Positions 11,789-24,515 of a stretch of DNA of 64,000 bases are shown here, in pieces. Both the position numbers and the translations under genes were made by a program. Source of the stretch: Trichosphaerium sp. ATCC 40318 (Eukaryota; Protista; Tubulinea); contig JALMLS010000216.1 of NCBI GenBank assembly GCA_038496445.1, positions 248,001 to 312,000 of the forward strand. Direction: 5' to 3'. The first letter of the stretch is position 1. Each line of letters opens with the position of its first letter. The notes under the pieces are model-generated. The model ran no database searches, had not been told where the DNA came from, and was given only the letters and a program-made list of their open reading frames with translations.

Positions 11789-13141
11789 TTAGTACTTAAC
11801 GCAAATATTTACATAAAGCCCATTACACACTCCCATAACTTCTGAAATGAAATCACCATAAACATAACAAAGTTCAGGCCTTAGGGCATCGATGGTCTCG
11901 TCCATTATTGTAGTACAGTAGATATCAAGGGAATGTACACCTTTGAGTGCTTTGATGCCTTCATCAGTGATCTTGGCACATTCACTCACAGAAATGGCAT
12001 GGACCCCTGCTAATGCTTTGATACCTTCATCAGTAACAGAAGTATACGACAGATCAATAAAATTGACGCCTTTGAGTGCTTTGATACCTTCATCAGTGAT
12101 GTTAGCACATCCACTCACAGAAATGGTATGGACCCCTGCCAATGCTTTAAGACTTTTATCAGTAACAGAAGTACACGACAGATCAATACAATGAACACCT
12201 TTAAGCGCTCTGATACCTTCATCAGTGATGTTAGTGCATCCACTCACAGAAATGGCATGGACCCCTGCTAATGCTTTGATACCTTCATCACTGATAGTGT
12301 CAAGACCATCTAGACAAATAGTATGGGTTCCTTGTAATACTTTGAGACCTTTATCTGTGATAGCAGTACACGAAAGATCAATACAATGAACGCCTCTGAG
12401 GGATTTGATTCCTTCATCTGTTATTTTTGTGTTCTCTAGAGAGATACTGTGGACGCCTTTGAGAGCCTCAATACCTTTGTTTGTAATGTAGGAGCAGTTT
12501 CTAAGAATTATCTTATGTACACCTTGTAAAGCTGTTAATCCTTTGTCTGTTATAACTGTATCACTAACATCAATACAATAAACACCTTTCATATATTTGA
12601 ACCCTTTATCTGTTATTGAAGTGTCTGAAAGGTTGATGGTATGGATACCTGTCAGTATTTTAAGTGCCTTATCTGTTAGGCCGTCACACCCCTCTGAAGA
12701 ATACCTACGGATCCCACTTAAATTAATCTTGTGTACACCTCTTAGTTCTTTGAGACCACGAGCACTTATTTGTTGACAATAGCTTAAATCTATTGTATGA
12801 ACACCTGATATTGCTTGCAGATCAGAGTTGGTCATTTGACGATTTGATGATCTTTTAATGTGGTGACACCCAGCTAACAATGAGTACAAATTTGTAATAT
12901 TACAATTCATCACAATTATACTATTGTTCATGATACCCTTGTAACTTCTAGCGAGTAGAATATCTTCAACTTTAGAAAGGGTTACTTGCTCATAACCAAC
13001 AATATCATGAATAATATCAGCAATAAAATGGCATGATTGGGCAGCAGAATATCTATCTTTACCTCTTGTATAACTTAAGATATTTGAAATAACTTCTGGT
13101 GGAAAGTCTGTTACAATAAAGGGTTCTTTGTGTGATGTCAC
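11789..13141 (-). CDS. Intronless F-box + leucine-rich-repeat protein
   Basis: Single open frame with F-box DFPPEVISNILSY...AAQSCHF and about 14 LRRs of type LxGVHxIxLSxxxITDEGIKA. There is no in-frame ATG before the F-box; a GTG at 13141 sits where the paralogue starts. Confidence 0.85.
   Translation of the reverse strand: MTSHKEPFIVTDFPPEVISNILSYTRGKDRYSAAQSCHFIADIIHDIVGYEQVTLSKVEDILLARSYKGIMNNSIIVMNCNITNLYSLLAGCHHIKRSSNRQMTNSDLQAISGVHTIDLSYCQQISARGLKELRGVHKINLSGIRRYSSEGCDGLTDKALKILTGIHTINLSDTSITDKGFKYMKGVYCIDVSDTVITDKGLTALQGVHKIILRNCSYITNKGIEALKGVHSISLENTKITDEGIKSLRGVHCIDLSCTAITDKGLKVLQGTHTICLDGLDTISDEGIKALAGVHAISVSGCTNITDEGIRALKGVHCIDLSCTSVTDKSLKALAGVHTISVSGCANITDEGIKALKGVNFIDLSYTSVTDEGIKALAGVHAISVSECAKITDEGIKALKGVHSLDIYCTTIMDETIDALRPELCYVYGDFISEVMGVCNGLYVNICVKY
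11941..12290. repeat. Recent internal tandem duplication, 129-bp unit (two LRRs, 43 aa), about 2.7 copies
   Basis: ctttgagtgctttgat... recurs at 11941, 12070 and about 12199 with high nucleotide identity. Confidence 0.85.
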
Positions 13142-13305
13142 GTGGGTAAGTGTACTAATAAAAATGAGTGAAAGCAGGGCTATGATATCATAATGGCAAA
13201 CAAGACTCTTGCACTTTTTATTTTTCTCTAGACGTTTTTTTCCTTCAGTTGGAAATATTTGTAAGGCGCACGTGTCGTCACTCACAAATTTTTTTCAAAA
13301 GCAGA

Positions 13306-13460
13306 GGGTTTGCACTACTTTTCGCAAAAGTAACTAGAGCCACGATTGACTAAAAAATGCACTACTTTCTTGCAAAATGTTGTACAAAAGCCCTCCAAAA
13401 AAACGGATTTCGAAGAAATAGAACAAGGCTGCCTACTTTCGCGAAATGTAGTGCAAACCC
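13306..13460. mobile_element. MITE-like element with 27-bp terminal inverted repeats
   Basis: Left arm GGGTTTGCACTACTTTTCGCAAAAGTA (13306-13332) and the reverse complement of 13434-13460 match at 25/27. A third degenerate internal copy lies at about 13358-13386. No clear target-site duplication. Confidence 0.6.
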
Positions 13461-13505
13461 AGCTTGTTGTTTGTAGTCAAAAAGTCAAAACTAAGAAAAA
13501 AAACG

Positions 13506-13844
13506 TTACAATCTGGGTGGAAAACAAAAAAACAAGCCTAAAACCATTTGCAGTTGAAAAAAAAAGACTACAAAAACTGCGTACCCTACTAATTGTTTAT
13601 TGCTAAGCGAATGAGGTTTTGAATATTTAGTAGCCTGATTACGTTTTAATTGGCTGCTACTTGTATATTTCAGTATTGCCATGTCTAGTTGCTGCAAAAG
13701 GGTTGTATTTGATTCATGCAAAACACGTTCGAGATGAGTTACAAATGCTTCTTGATGTTTCGACTTAATCTGAGCTAAAGCATCTGTATGTGTCTCACGA
13801 AGGTACACTAGAGCCTGTTCTACTGATACACCACAGATGTTCAT
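13506..13844 (-). CDS. Hypothetical helical protein
   Basis: ATG-initiated 112-aa ORF with protein-like composition; no recognisable motif. Confidence 0.3.
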   Translation of the reverse strand: MNICGVSVEQALVYLRETHTDALAQIKSKHQEAFVTHLERVLHESNTTLLQQLDMAILKYTSSSQLKRNQATKYSKPHSLSNKQLVGYAVFVVFFFQLQMVLGLFFCFPPRL

Positions 13845-14272
13845 TATATGTAGCGTTTGAAGGATGTAATGACGGCTTAAGGCATTCGTTAAGTTTTAAA
13901 ATGCCGTTTTGAACCGTTGATAGAGCTGTTGTAAATTTCAACTGAAGCTCGAAACAAACTGAGCTCTTTTGCAAGACAATGTATTCCAGAGTGAGCGATT
14001 CGCTATTCCGAGAATGCCTCCAAGCGGATAACAACTTAACTTTGAACTGTTTTGACGTTTTTCTAAGAACTGCTACAGCGATTAAGTTGACACTCTAGTC
14101 TGGCGTTTGTTTACAAACCTGTACTGATTGTTATTTTCCTAACTATTGAAGAGATGGTATAGAAACTCCAAAAAACCAACAAGAGATCACACAATGGAGT
14201 TATTTATGTTACAAGTCTATTATACAAAACGAGTTTTTCTCATTTGTTTCTTTTTTGCTTGGGCTTTGTTTT

Positions 14273-15374
14273 TTAATGGAATTGCTGCGATAACCACAAA
14301 GCAAAATCCCTGTAACTAACGCCTTCTTGTAAGGCCTTATTATATAGTTCATTCATATCACAATTATTAATCTCGTGACCAGAAACCATATCGCTGAGAT
14401 TAATCATAACACCGTAAGCATTAAACAATCTACAAAAAAAAAAAGTTAGATGAGTATCCAAATCACGTGATTTTTGTAGACTAATTTTTAGCGTACTCTT
14501 TTTTAACTTGTCCTAGTTCATCCTGGCTTCGCGTTACATAAATCTACAGCATGAATCAGACGAAATACTCGAAGAAAAAGAACGGTCTAAAAGGCTGTAT
14601 TTGAACAACGAACGCACTCGGTGGTTTTTGTTTACTGAAGAAAGAGTTGACGCTAACGCAGCACTTTGCTCTGTTAATTCTGTTACTTTCCTACACGCAG
14701 TTTCTACCATATTCTCTCGCTCTGTTTCAAATCTTTTGAACTAGGTTCGATGAGATTTAAACAAAATAAGAAAAAAATAGGAAAACACCAACATCAAAAC
14801 TTGTCATTTCATTATGCAAAGAAAACATAGTACTTACGCATTTATCACATTCTATGAGTAACTAGAAACAAAAATCGTAAGGGATCGAACATTTTTTCAA
14901 AAAAAAGCTTTACCTGGTCTAATTGTTGTGTCTTTAAATTTAATCTCGCTTCTAATTCATCCTTTTCTCTTAGTTTTTGTAGCAACTCTTGTTTTTCTAG
15001 CCGCGGTTTTAGTTAACGGCTACTTTTTTTCTGTTTCTTTTTCAAAATTCTTTACCTTGCTCTGATTTTATTAGTTCTGCTTCCAACGCTCTTCTAGATA
15101 GTTCAGATGCAGTTATACGTGTAGCAAATTCGCCAACAAGCTTTGTAAGCGAAATTTTGTCTATTGGCTGTAAATACATCTACGAATACGATAATGACGT
15201 ACCTGAAGCACCATTTGGGCGTATTATGTGCCTACGTTTCGAAATAGAGAAGGATAAGTCGTTCAATTTCCTCTTTTTTAAAATCGATTTTGATGGACTC
15301 CTTGTTGGCGTTGTAGGCATATTAATGTAGTTTTCTTTATCAGAAAAGCTTCTGCGTGTTTCTTGAGTTGTCAT
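14273..15374 (-). CDS. Hypothetical coiled-coil protein, multi-exon
   Basis: Exon 1 MTTQETRRSFSDKENY... (KEN-like motif, basic KKRK), coiled-coil middle exons, last exon ...ELYNKALQEGVSYRDFALWLSQQFH*. Confidence 0.6.
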
Positions 15375-15517
15375 GATTGAATGTCTGAGTCTATATAACC
15401 GATACAAACCGTTAAGCAGAGCGGGAAAAATCAACTTTTTTTTAAGTCACAAAAGGCGTCGGTTGTTATGTTAAATCTTGCTCAAGAGCTATGGCATGAT
15501 GGGTTTTATGTTATTTA

Positions 15518-18500
15518 CTACAAGGTTACGTCAAGTGTCATGGAAACGATATTAGGATAATTGTACATTTTATTTGCTTTCAGTATTTCTTTTAAAAACG
15601 GAGCAAATTTCATCAAAGGTAAGCCTTTCTTCGGGATTAAAAGACCAACATTTTAGTGTAAGTTCCATAAGCCATACTGGCGTTTCTATAGGCATCTTTG
15701 GATGTGATCCCTTTTGGTATGTATAAGCGACAAATATCAATAAATGGAGACTTGTATTTCTTTAAAAAAGGTTAAAACAAACGCGCACTTTATCTCGTAT
15801 TCCTTCAGCCAAAGTCAGAAAATCATGAGAACCTTCATGTGGTTCCTTTCTAGCCTACGAAAATAACCAGTCAACAACAGCTGTCACAATATAAAGTAAT
15901 TCATGCAGCAATAAAAAAAAAAGAGAGAAAATGGCTTACCAGGCACTCAAAACAAACACAGCTAAACATCCAGGCATCTGAAGCATTAGAATAAATCCTA
16001 CCTGAACCAATACTCTCAGGTGCCATCCACCTTAAAAAACACAAATGTTAGAAACAAAGAATCCAGAATTTTACTACTTCGATAATTGATTTAGTGTACC
16101 TTATTGGTCCTGTTAGAGCCTTTGTCCTTCCTTTAGTGCCAAGTTTAAGATTTCTTGATAATCCGAAATCTGATATCTTGGGCACACCAGTATCGGATAA
16201 TAATATGTTTCCTGTACACTTGTAAATGACAAGCCAAACCCTTTTATCTTTTTTAACTTACTAGCTGCCAAATCTCTGTGCACAAAACCCTCCTTATGGA
16301 TATGTAACATACCTCGAGCAACTCCAATAAGAAGCTCAAGCCTATATTTAAGAGTCATATCGGTTGATAGGTCAAATAAATAGCGATCCAAGGAACCTCG
16401 AGAATAATACCTAAAATACAGTAAATAAACCAAAAAGTTCAAATCTTATTAATATCGATCAAAAAGTTTCATTTATATTACTTACTCCATGACTATTCCT
16501 CTATGGTTCTGTTCTAGAATAACTCCAAATAATTGGGTCACGTGCTTATGAGGTCGCATAGCGCTCATAACTGATACTTCATCAAGGAACTCTGTGTAAG
16601 CATCTTTAGCAATATTAATGCCCATCTTAACAGCCACATTAATGGCTCGCCACTCCCTAGAATCAAACATAAGCACACTTCCAAGCGAACCCATTTCTGA
16701 GTAAATAAGAAGACACGTACCCTCTATAAACAATACCGTAGTTACCGTCTCCAATAATCTCTTTCAAAACAACCTCTGTCATTGGTAACATAATGTCAGC
16801 AATGTTACTCCTTGTTTGTTTGTATTCGAGTGCTACTGTTTCTATTGATGGCTCATCTAGCCATCTAGGTGAGTACCTGTCCCTCGCAGTAACTTTTTCA
16901 CGTCTTTTTATACCCAAGGCATAAAAGATAAGTATACATGCTACAAGCACTAACACAGCGCCAACAGCTGCAGCTGAGCATAAAACTATTAAGTTTGTTC
17001 CTATTTTGGCGTAAGAACAAGACAAAAATAGCAACAGTACGTACGATCCTTTGCTTCCTTAGGTGTTTGTACAGAAACACTTGTCGGCGTTTGAGGCAAA
17101 TCATTAACTATACACTTAAGTCAGGTTCAAAGTTCTTAACATGCCCACATAAAGTAAGCTCATACATACCGTTCCATAGTTCTACAAAGCTTTCAAGTAA
17201 TGATGCAGCAACAGAAGAAAATTTTAGCTTTTGTGTAAAACCAAATGTCACGTGTGTATCATTGATTACATAAGAACTAATACCAGCTAGAGATAATAAA
17301 AAAAGTGAGCTTAAGTTTTTTCTTTGATGAAATTCATGAGTTCTTCCTTACCTCCTCTGTTTTCAATTGTATCAATGTCGGTTATAATATCAAAATATTC
17401 TACAGGATTACCTGTATCATCAAATAGGAATGCTCTTGGTGAAAACTGACGGTCAGTAGGCAGAGTTCTTAGATAAAAATCAAAAACTAAACCAAAGCGA
17501 TTGTCATTATTAAATACAAACTGCTGACCTAAAAAAAGAGTCACATCACGTGCATGAATAATAAGTATAAACAAAATCAAATAACACCAGCGACACCTAC
17601 CATAACCGAGTATTTCATACTGTGCACGATCAAGTTTAGAGATAACAACAGGTGAAGAAAGAAGTGTTAAGTTTTGCCCATGCAAAGTATACAATTCAAC
17701 ACTATTCTTTGTACTGCTATCATCAGCAATACTAGGCAAAGCCCTAGCTGAACAACAGTAAGTATATAACACGAAAATAATAGTTAACACTTTGTCATTA
17801 CATACCAAGCATAACACGGTCATCTTTTAATCCAAAAAAATGTGTCAACTTGCTAAATCCACCTTGGGCGGGAGTAGGCAAATTAAATAATACTGACATT
17901 TCTCTAACTACATTCAAGTCCATGTCATAAGATGAAACAAGAATTGTTTCAGAACCAGAGAACTTCCATATCACCCCAAGTGTATTCGGACCAATGACTG
18001 CCATTTTAACAGATCGAAATTCTCTACGTCCATCCACAATCACTGAGGACACCTGCTTTCCTCCAGTGTACTTAGATACCACCACACGAGTCTTATTAAA
18101 TAAAGAAGCTGTAAAAAATGACCCTGGTTCTTCAAGTGAAACTAAATCAAAACAAGAAAGAGTCTGTCGTAGTGGTTCTTCATCGCTAAAAGAAACCTGT
18201 GATTACTGAAGAAGCAAAAAAACGGTTTTAGGACATACCTTCTATATGTATACCCACTAACAACCCTGGATTCAAGCTCCCAATCACCATTAATAGTGAG
18301 AGTAGACACTATAAGATCGATAGGCTGAAAAACTTGAAACCCCGTGAAATACACAACCGAAATTGTAGAATCGTTTACAAATTGTGCGTGTTGTATCAAT
18401 CTGGCGTCATGGTCAATAGATGTAGATGTAGAAGGGCACCTAGAACGAATTTACAAATCAAGTAGACAATCACCAAATTTAGTAAATGGCGAATAACGTC

Positions 18501-19028
18501 AACAGCTCAAACAACGCAGTCTGTGCTGCCAAACGTCCACAACGCGTATACGTTGTATTATAAGGGTTGTAAGGGAGTAAACGCTTACCATCGGGCTATT
18601 TCCCGAAAAGAAGATGTGTTGTTATCGCACTCTGTTGCGATTTGTTCGTTCAATTGTAAGCAATTCTCAATATAGCTTCCATTTCGACTGTTATAAATAA
18701 CGTGTATCTTGTTTTCCGAATTTACGAGCACAACTGGAGAAAAACTAGTGCCAAATCCCCTATCTACAAGCGCACAGTTAATATAGGATAGTAGCTATTG
18801 TCCAAAACGACTAGTGGAGAATCTTTCTTCGTTACCACAAAACGCGCATTATGTTGCGCCCATGTTATTTAAACGTTATGACACGTACTGTAGCTGATGC
18901 TACAGCATGAAAAAAAACGTACCTAGTGAAAAGTCTTCCAGACTAGCCTGGCATATTACAGGCGCTTGTGCATGTATTAAAACAATTGCAGATAGCAAAA
19001 TTGTATAAACTGTAGTTACGAGATTCAT
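15518..19028 (-). CDS. Receptor tyrosine kinase-like protein (signal peptide, ectodomain, single TM, TK domain), multi-exon
   Basis: Signal peptide MNLVTTVYTILLSAIVLIHA; TM AAAVGAVLVLVACILIFYAL; kinase motifs GDGNYG, VAVK, HRDLAA|RN, KISDFGLSR, GPIR|WMAPES, CWSFNPEERLTF. Confidence 0.9.
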
Positions 19029-19285
19029 GATATAAACTCAATCTAATGCCACGTATACATTTGATATGGTTGCATAGACCACTTCATGCAATATAATATA
19101 ACCCAAAAAAGGTTTGACAGGCAAAAACTCCGAAGAAGCTTGGTTATTGTTGTTTTTCATTGTGCAAGCAAGGCAAAGAAACACAGCATTATTATAAAAA
19201 GTTTATCTCCAACGAGTGGAACAAAAAACAAGCTCACTCCAAAATTATTTACACACGGATGGCTACTAATACATACATAAATTAT

Positions 19286-19611
19286 TCATCCGCTACAGCT
19301 CCTAAAAAATATTGTATAAGCATAAAAACTACAAATTCTATTGAAAACAACACTCACTGAGTTTGACGCTTCTTCTCGACTCCTTCCGTCGCCTAGGGCT
19401 CCTATCAGACCTACCAGAGTGTAACTCCCTAGAACTGCCTTTATGCCCACTATCACGCATAGCAGAAAGGTCAACTGAGCCACCACGTCTGAATAACATT
19501 GTAAGGACATTGTTACATCAAAAATAATTTTTTTTTCTTCATAGTTACCGTGGCCTGAATATGCGCCCAAATACGAAAAAACTTGGTAAAACATTCACAG
19601 CAACACGCCAT
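19286..19611 (-). CDS. Possible small membrane protein with Cys-rich N-terminus (3' end unresolved)
   Basis: MACCCECFTKFFRIWAHIQAT, a GT-AG intron, then hydrophobic LTFLLCVIVGIKAVLGSYTLVGLIGALG. Confidence 0.35.
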
Positions 19612-19684
19612 AATAAGTATAGGATATATAATATGTACATAATAGTTCGAGAGAACAAACAAAAAAAAAATCAAAAAAAAATTC

Positions 19685-22600
19685 TCAAGATTGAGTTTCT
19701 TGGCTTTCTTCTGAGGACCTGTTATTTCGACGTTTTTTCTTTTTCTTTGATGCAACACTATTAGGTTGACTTTCAACTCCAGGGACAGTCAATAAATCAT
19801 TATCTGACATTGACTTCCCTTCACTCTTTCTCTTATCATGTTTTTTACCCTTGTGATCAGATTTTTCTCCAGAAGAAGATCTAGACGTAGATTGCGATGA
19901 AGCACGCTTACTATGACCTTTCTTCTTTTTAGACTTTGTAGGTGTAGGTGCAGGAGCCTTAAGCACTACAGAAGACACTTAGTAAAGAAGAGAAAACACA
20001 AAAGAAGCAAAAGATAAGCTCAAAAGAAAATCTCGAACAACGTACCAACACCATGCTGTTCAAGAACTTTTTCAGCCTCGAGATAAGTATCATCGAATGC
20101 AATATAAATATGTGTAGGCCTTTCTTCAGATATACTCCGTAATTGTTCACGGTGATCTTCAATAAGCTTCCTTGTTTTCTCCATGAATACCTCTTCAGCA
20201 ACTTTAAGCTGCTTGGATTGTACTTTCTCTAATTTCTTCTTTAAAGCTGCAGCTTGCTCTGGAACACCACCGGCAGATAAACCACTACGTTCATGCAAAG
20301 CAATGAGCTCTTTCTAAAGCTTGTATAAGTAAAGAAACCTCACTCTACAAAAAACTTGGAAACCAAGTTGTTTTTCAACTACGCACCTCATGTGTATCAA
20401 TCAAATCAAGTTGTTCTTTATGTATTATCTCCAAAAGCATTTTACTATCATTCTTATGCTTCAAGTGATAGTCTACAACATGTTTTTGCTACAAAAAAAC
20501 AGACGTTAGTATTCGGCTATTTCGCTTCAATAACATGTTAATTACCTGATGCTGTGTCACGCGCTGATACAAAAATTGGTAGTATGTTATTTCAGCCTTA
20601 TTAATAGCTTGAATATGTCGCTCTTTAAGATCAGAAATCTCTTTTTCTTGTGCAGCAGTAACAAGCTTTAAATCCTCCTTATACGTCCTGTTGAGCGATT
20701 CTCGCTGACGAACATGATGCTGAGTGATAATCTCAGCTTCATCCTTCTGTTGCCTAGGCAGTAAAGTAAGTCGTGAGAACTTTTTCCTTCAGATAAACAG
20801 AAAAATGAGCGTACTGGTCAAGTTTGGCCAAAAACGCAGCTTCTTGTTCTTCTTGCTTCTTATTGAACTGATCCCTGATGTACTGAATTTTTGCTTTAAT
20901 CTCCTTAGCTGCCATACTTCGTCTATTCCTGTTCTTGAACTCTTGTTCACGACGGCGAAGTTCAGTTTTTTGTTGATTCTTTGTGCGTTTAAAAGCTTTC
21001 ATTTCACGCTTTTGATCTAATAAAACAGTCAATCACAACGTCGTCAGTACATTAACTTTATACATACCAGTGCCCAAAAGAGTATCAGATTGATCTTTTT
21101 CAATTTTTTGAACTTTCTGCTGTTGACTGGACTCAAGATTATACATTTGCTCATGATGAGTGATAAGCAATGGTCCCTTCTTTTCAAGAGCTTCAAGCTC
21201 TAATTGTTGTAGTGCTTTTTCTTTTTCTAACTTCACCGTGAACTTTTCTTTTTGTTGCTTTGTAACCATCGTAAAATTAGCTTAAGAAAAAACAACACAT
21301 TAGTCACAATAACAAATAATTATTTCAAAAGAAAAAAGATTTTAAACTGGTTTTTGTTCAGTCTGTCTATCGTTTGATTTTTTTTTTTTTTGAATTCGCA
21401 CGCAGCTCAGCTTCTGTATTGAAATCAAAAATAAGGTTTGTACCCAAAAACTTTTTCAACTCAACACTGTAGCTTTCTTCGAGTTGAACCTTTCTCATTT
21501 CATGCTCTTGTGATAAAGCTTCAGTTTGAACCTCATGAATACGCTCCATTTCAACAATAGACCATCCAATATCAAACTTCATCTTTTTATCTTTCATTTG
21601 ATCCTTCGACACTAAAAACAAAGATGTCATGATTAAAAAAAAGATCCAAAATCAAAGATTCACAAATAGAAAAAAAAAATCACTTACTCTTTGCTTGGCG
21701 CCAAACGTTTTTTTCATCCTTCAACCGAGTTTTCTCCTCGCTTTTAAGATCACTTTGGGTCTTTTTAAGGCTATCAGCTTTAACTCTAGCCAACTGTCGT
21801 TCTTCATCCTAACTTGGGCGTAAATACAGCAAAAAAAAAATCCAAAACCAAAAACTATATTTTGTCAAATCGTATTATCTAAAAACAGCCCGATGCGGTC
21901 GGGTAAACATTCAAAAAACTACAAAAAAGCTAACCTTGAATTTCTTGGCCATATTCTTAACCTCCAAGGCATGACTGGCAACGGCAGTATCATTTTCGTG
22001 TTTGTGGTGACGCATACCCTTTTTCCTTTTCTCCCCGTACTTTTTATTTAATTCACTCGTTTGCGCTTTAAATTGTGCTTGCATTGTATCCTAATAATAT
22101 CAGTTAGCACAAGAGTGATAATAATTTTTGTTTACCCGTTCACGTTTTTGTGTAGATTCGAGTTTCTCGCGTTCTCTGAGATCTATTTACATTATTTAGC
22201 ACACAATAACATTCCCATAAACTACCTCTGGCTTGTTGGATCCTCAAAAATTTAAGCTGAGCCTTCATTAGCTTCTTATTCCTGTCAACCTTAGCTTGAT
22301 AATTCTTCTCACGTCGAGTTGCTGTTCGAGAAGCTTTCAGCGTTGGCCTATCTGTACAATGTATGAGTGTAAACTCTGTATAATATATTTAACATACCCT
22401 TGCGCTGTGGTCGTTGTTGTGGTGCATCACGCTTCTTAGGTTCAGATGGCCCTGTTGATTTCTTTCCTTTTGGTGAAGAGGCTTGAGCAGGTTGCTTGAA
22501 TGGGTTCATGCTTGCAGGTTTATCTTTTGATGGGGAAGCAGCGCTGTCAGGCTTACTACCAGCAGGTGGAGGTTGAGGCATTGCTTCATCTTCGGTCTCT

Positions 22601-24113
22601 TCCTCTTCTTCACTAGGTTCCTCTTGTTGAGGGTCTTCATCGGCGCACTGAGCACGCACTTGACGTGCGTCATTCATTAGGTCTGTTAAGATACGCTTTG
22701 GCTTGCAGCGTGTTACAAAAGGATGTTTTAATAGTTCTTCAGCTGTAGGGCGCTTTGAAGGCTCTTTTACGAGACAACAAGCGACGAAATCTACAAAATT
22801 CTGACTCCATTTTTCTTTATGCTTAAATGTTGGTGGTGGCTTTATAGGTATCTATAGTAGTTGTTACAAAGAGTTGTATTAAAATTACAAAATAATTTTC
22901 TGATTTCAAAAAAATAATCATGTAGACAGCCGTACCATCATCAACGCGCGCATTGGATGTATATCACTGAGCGGTGGCTCCTTTTCAGCCAACTCAACAC
23001 AAGTAATACCAACACTCCAGATATCTACAGCGTAGGAGTACGGATTGTTTCCATTTTTATTATCTATAATCTCAGGAGCCATCCAATACGGTGTACCAAT
23101 AAGAGTATTCCTCATTTCATGACTACTCGCCAAAATTGCAGAAACACCAAAATCGACTGTTGAAGGGAAATAATTGTTAGGGAACAAGATTATTACGTTA
23201 TAACAGCGTCAAATAATTTTTTCTTTCGCGGAGAGGGCGAGTATTGGAGTTTTTGTGAAAGTCCTTGAGGTTAAATGACGCAATGCAAAAAAAAAAAAAA
23301 CAAAAGAAAAAAATTTTCTCTTTATGTACCTAGTTTAACATCGCCTTCATGAGTGAGTAAAATATCTGGTGGTTAGAGTGAAGGAAATTAGAACTATTAA
23401 TGGAAAATAGCATTGTGAATTATTGTGCTAAAGGATACTGGCTCCTTTGATATCGCGGTGCACCATGCAATTATCGTGCAAGTATTTCAAACCCTACAAA
23501 TACGTTAGGGTAAGCTTTGAAAGATATTGGGATTTCCGACTTGCCTTTAATGTCTCTCGCATAACAAGAGCAATTTGTTCTTCTGTTAGCTCCATATCCC
23601 ACACTAGTACACGTTAGTTTATCAAGACATAGAATTGGGAGAACCTTGGCAAAAGTCACTAATGGCACCACCTCCGCAGTACTCAATTGCGATCTATACA
23701 AGCGTAAGCTAAATTGTATAATACCAAAACAAAACAAATGAAATGGAATAAGCGCCAGCGTACGAATGTTTCATCCTCCTTCTTCCATGTGCCAAGAAGT
23801 TTGCAAATGTTTTTGTTAGCACAGTGGCGTAAGATCGCTAATTCAACAAACTCAGTCACATCGTCGTCTTCTTCAGGTTGGATGATCTTGAGCGCATATA
23901 TTTTATTGTCTTTCATATATCGCGCCTATTTGAAGTCGATCAGACCTAGTTTAACGTTGTGTGCGAAAAACGCTGTTTTACCTTGTACACGCTTCCGTAA
24001 GAGCCTGAGGCTATTTCCTCCTCAAGTATGAAGAGTTCTTCCGGGTCGCCCTCGTCAAAGTGCCAATTATCGACATCGTCTAGCGCCACTAAGTTTATGG
24101 GCTTAGCAGACAT
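19685..24113 (-). CDS. STE20-family (GCK; SLK/LOK or Dictyostelium Dst-like) Ser/Thr kinase with long C-terminal coiled coil, multi-exon
   Basis: DPEELFILEEEIASGSYGSVYK, YALKII, EYCGGG, HRDIKGA|NILL, DFGVSA, IGTPYWMAPE, HPMRAL; then an acidic/Pro linker, extensive coiled-coil exons and a Lys/Ser-rich tail. Confidence 0.92.
23366..23438 (-). other. U12-type (minor spliceosome) GT-AG intron, 73 nt
   Basis: 5' splice site GTATCCTTT; branch site TTTCCTTCAC about 12 nt upstream of CAG. Removing it restores HRDIKGANILL (phase 1). Confidence 0.85.
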
Positions 24114-24515
24114 CTACAGAAGACACAGGCTTGGCGCTTTGTTTTAAAAATTTGTTAAATCTAGCTGCAATTTCACGTTGTGTTAAGTTAATGTATACGT
24201 CTGGGAACGCGTGAAATAACGAGCGTATACTATTGAGCAAGTGTGACACTGTCGATAGCCTTTTGTCCACTACAAATTACCCGTGTCACTCAAATGTTTT
24301 AACACGCATACCCATTGGCGTTGAAGAGGTAGCCATTAACGCTACAAAATTACTAGCTGTAGTTCCGTACCGCGTTCGTGGAGATTTTGACAGATATATT
24401 GCTTACAAGGTGAGCAGCACGCCTAGCGAAAGCGTCGGTACCTTTATGTATCACTGAACTACAAACTTTCAAGAAAGAAAAGTAAGTAACTTTACAAAAA
24501 ACACAACTCCACCAA

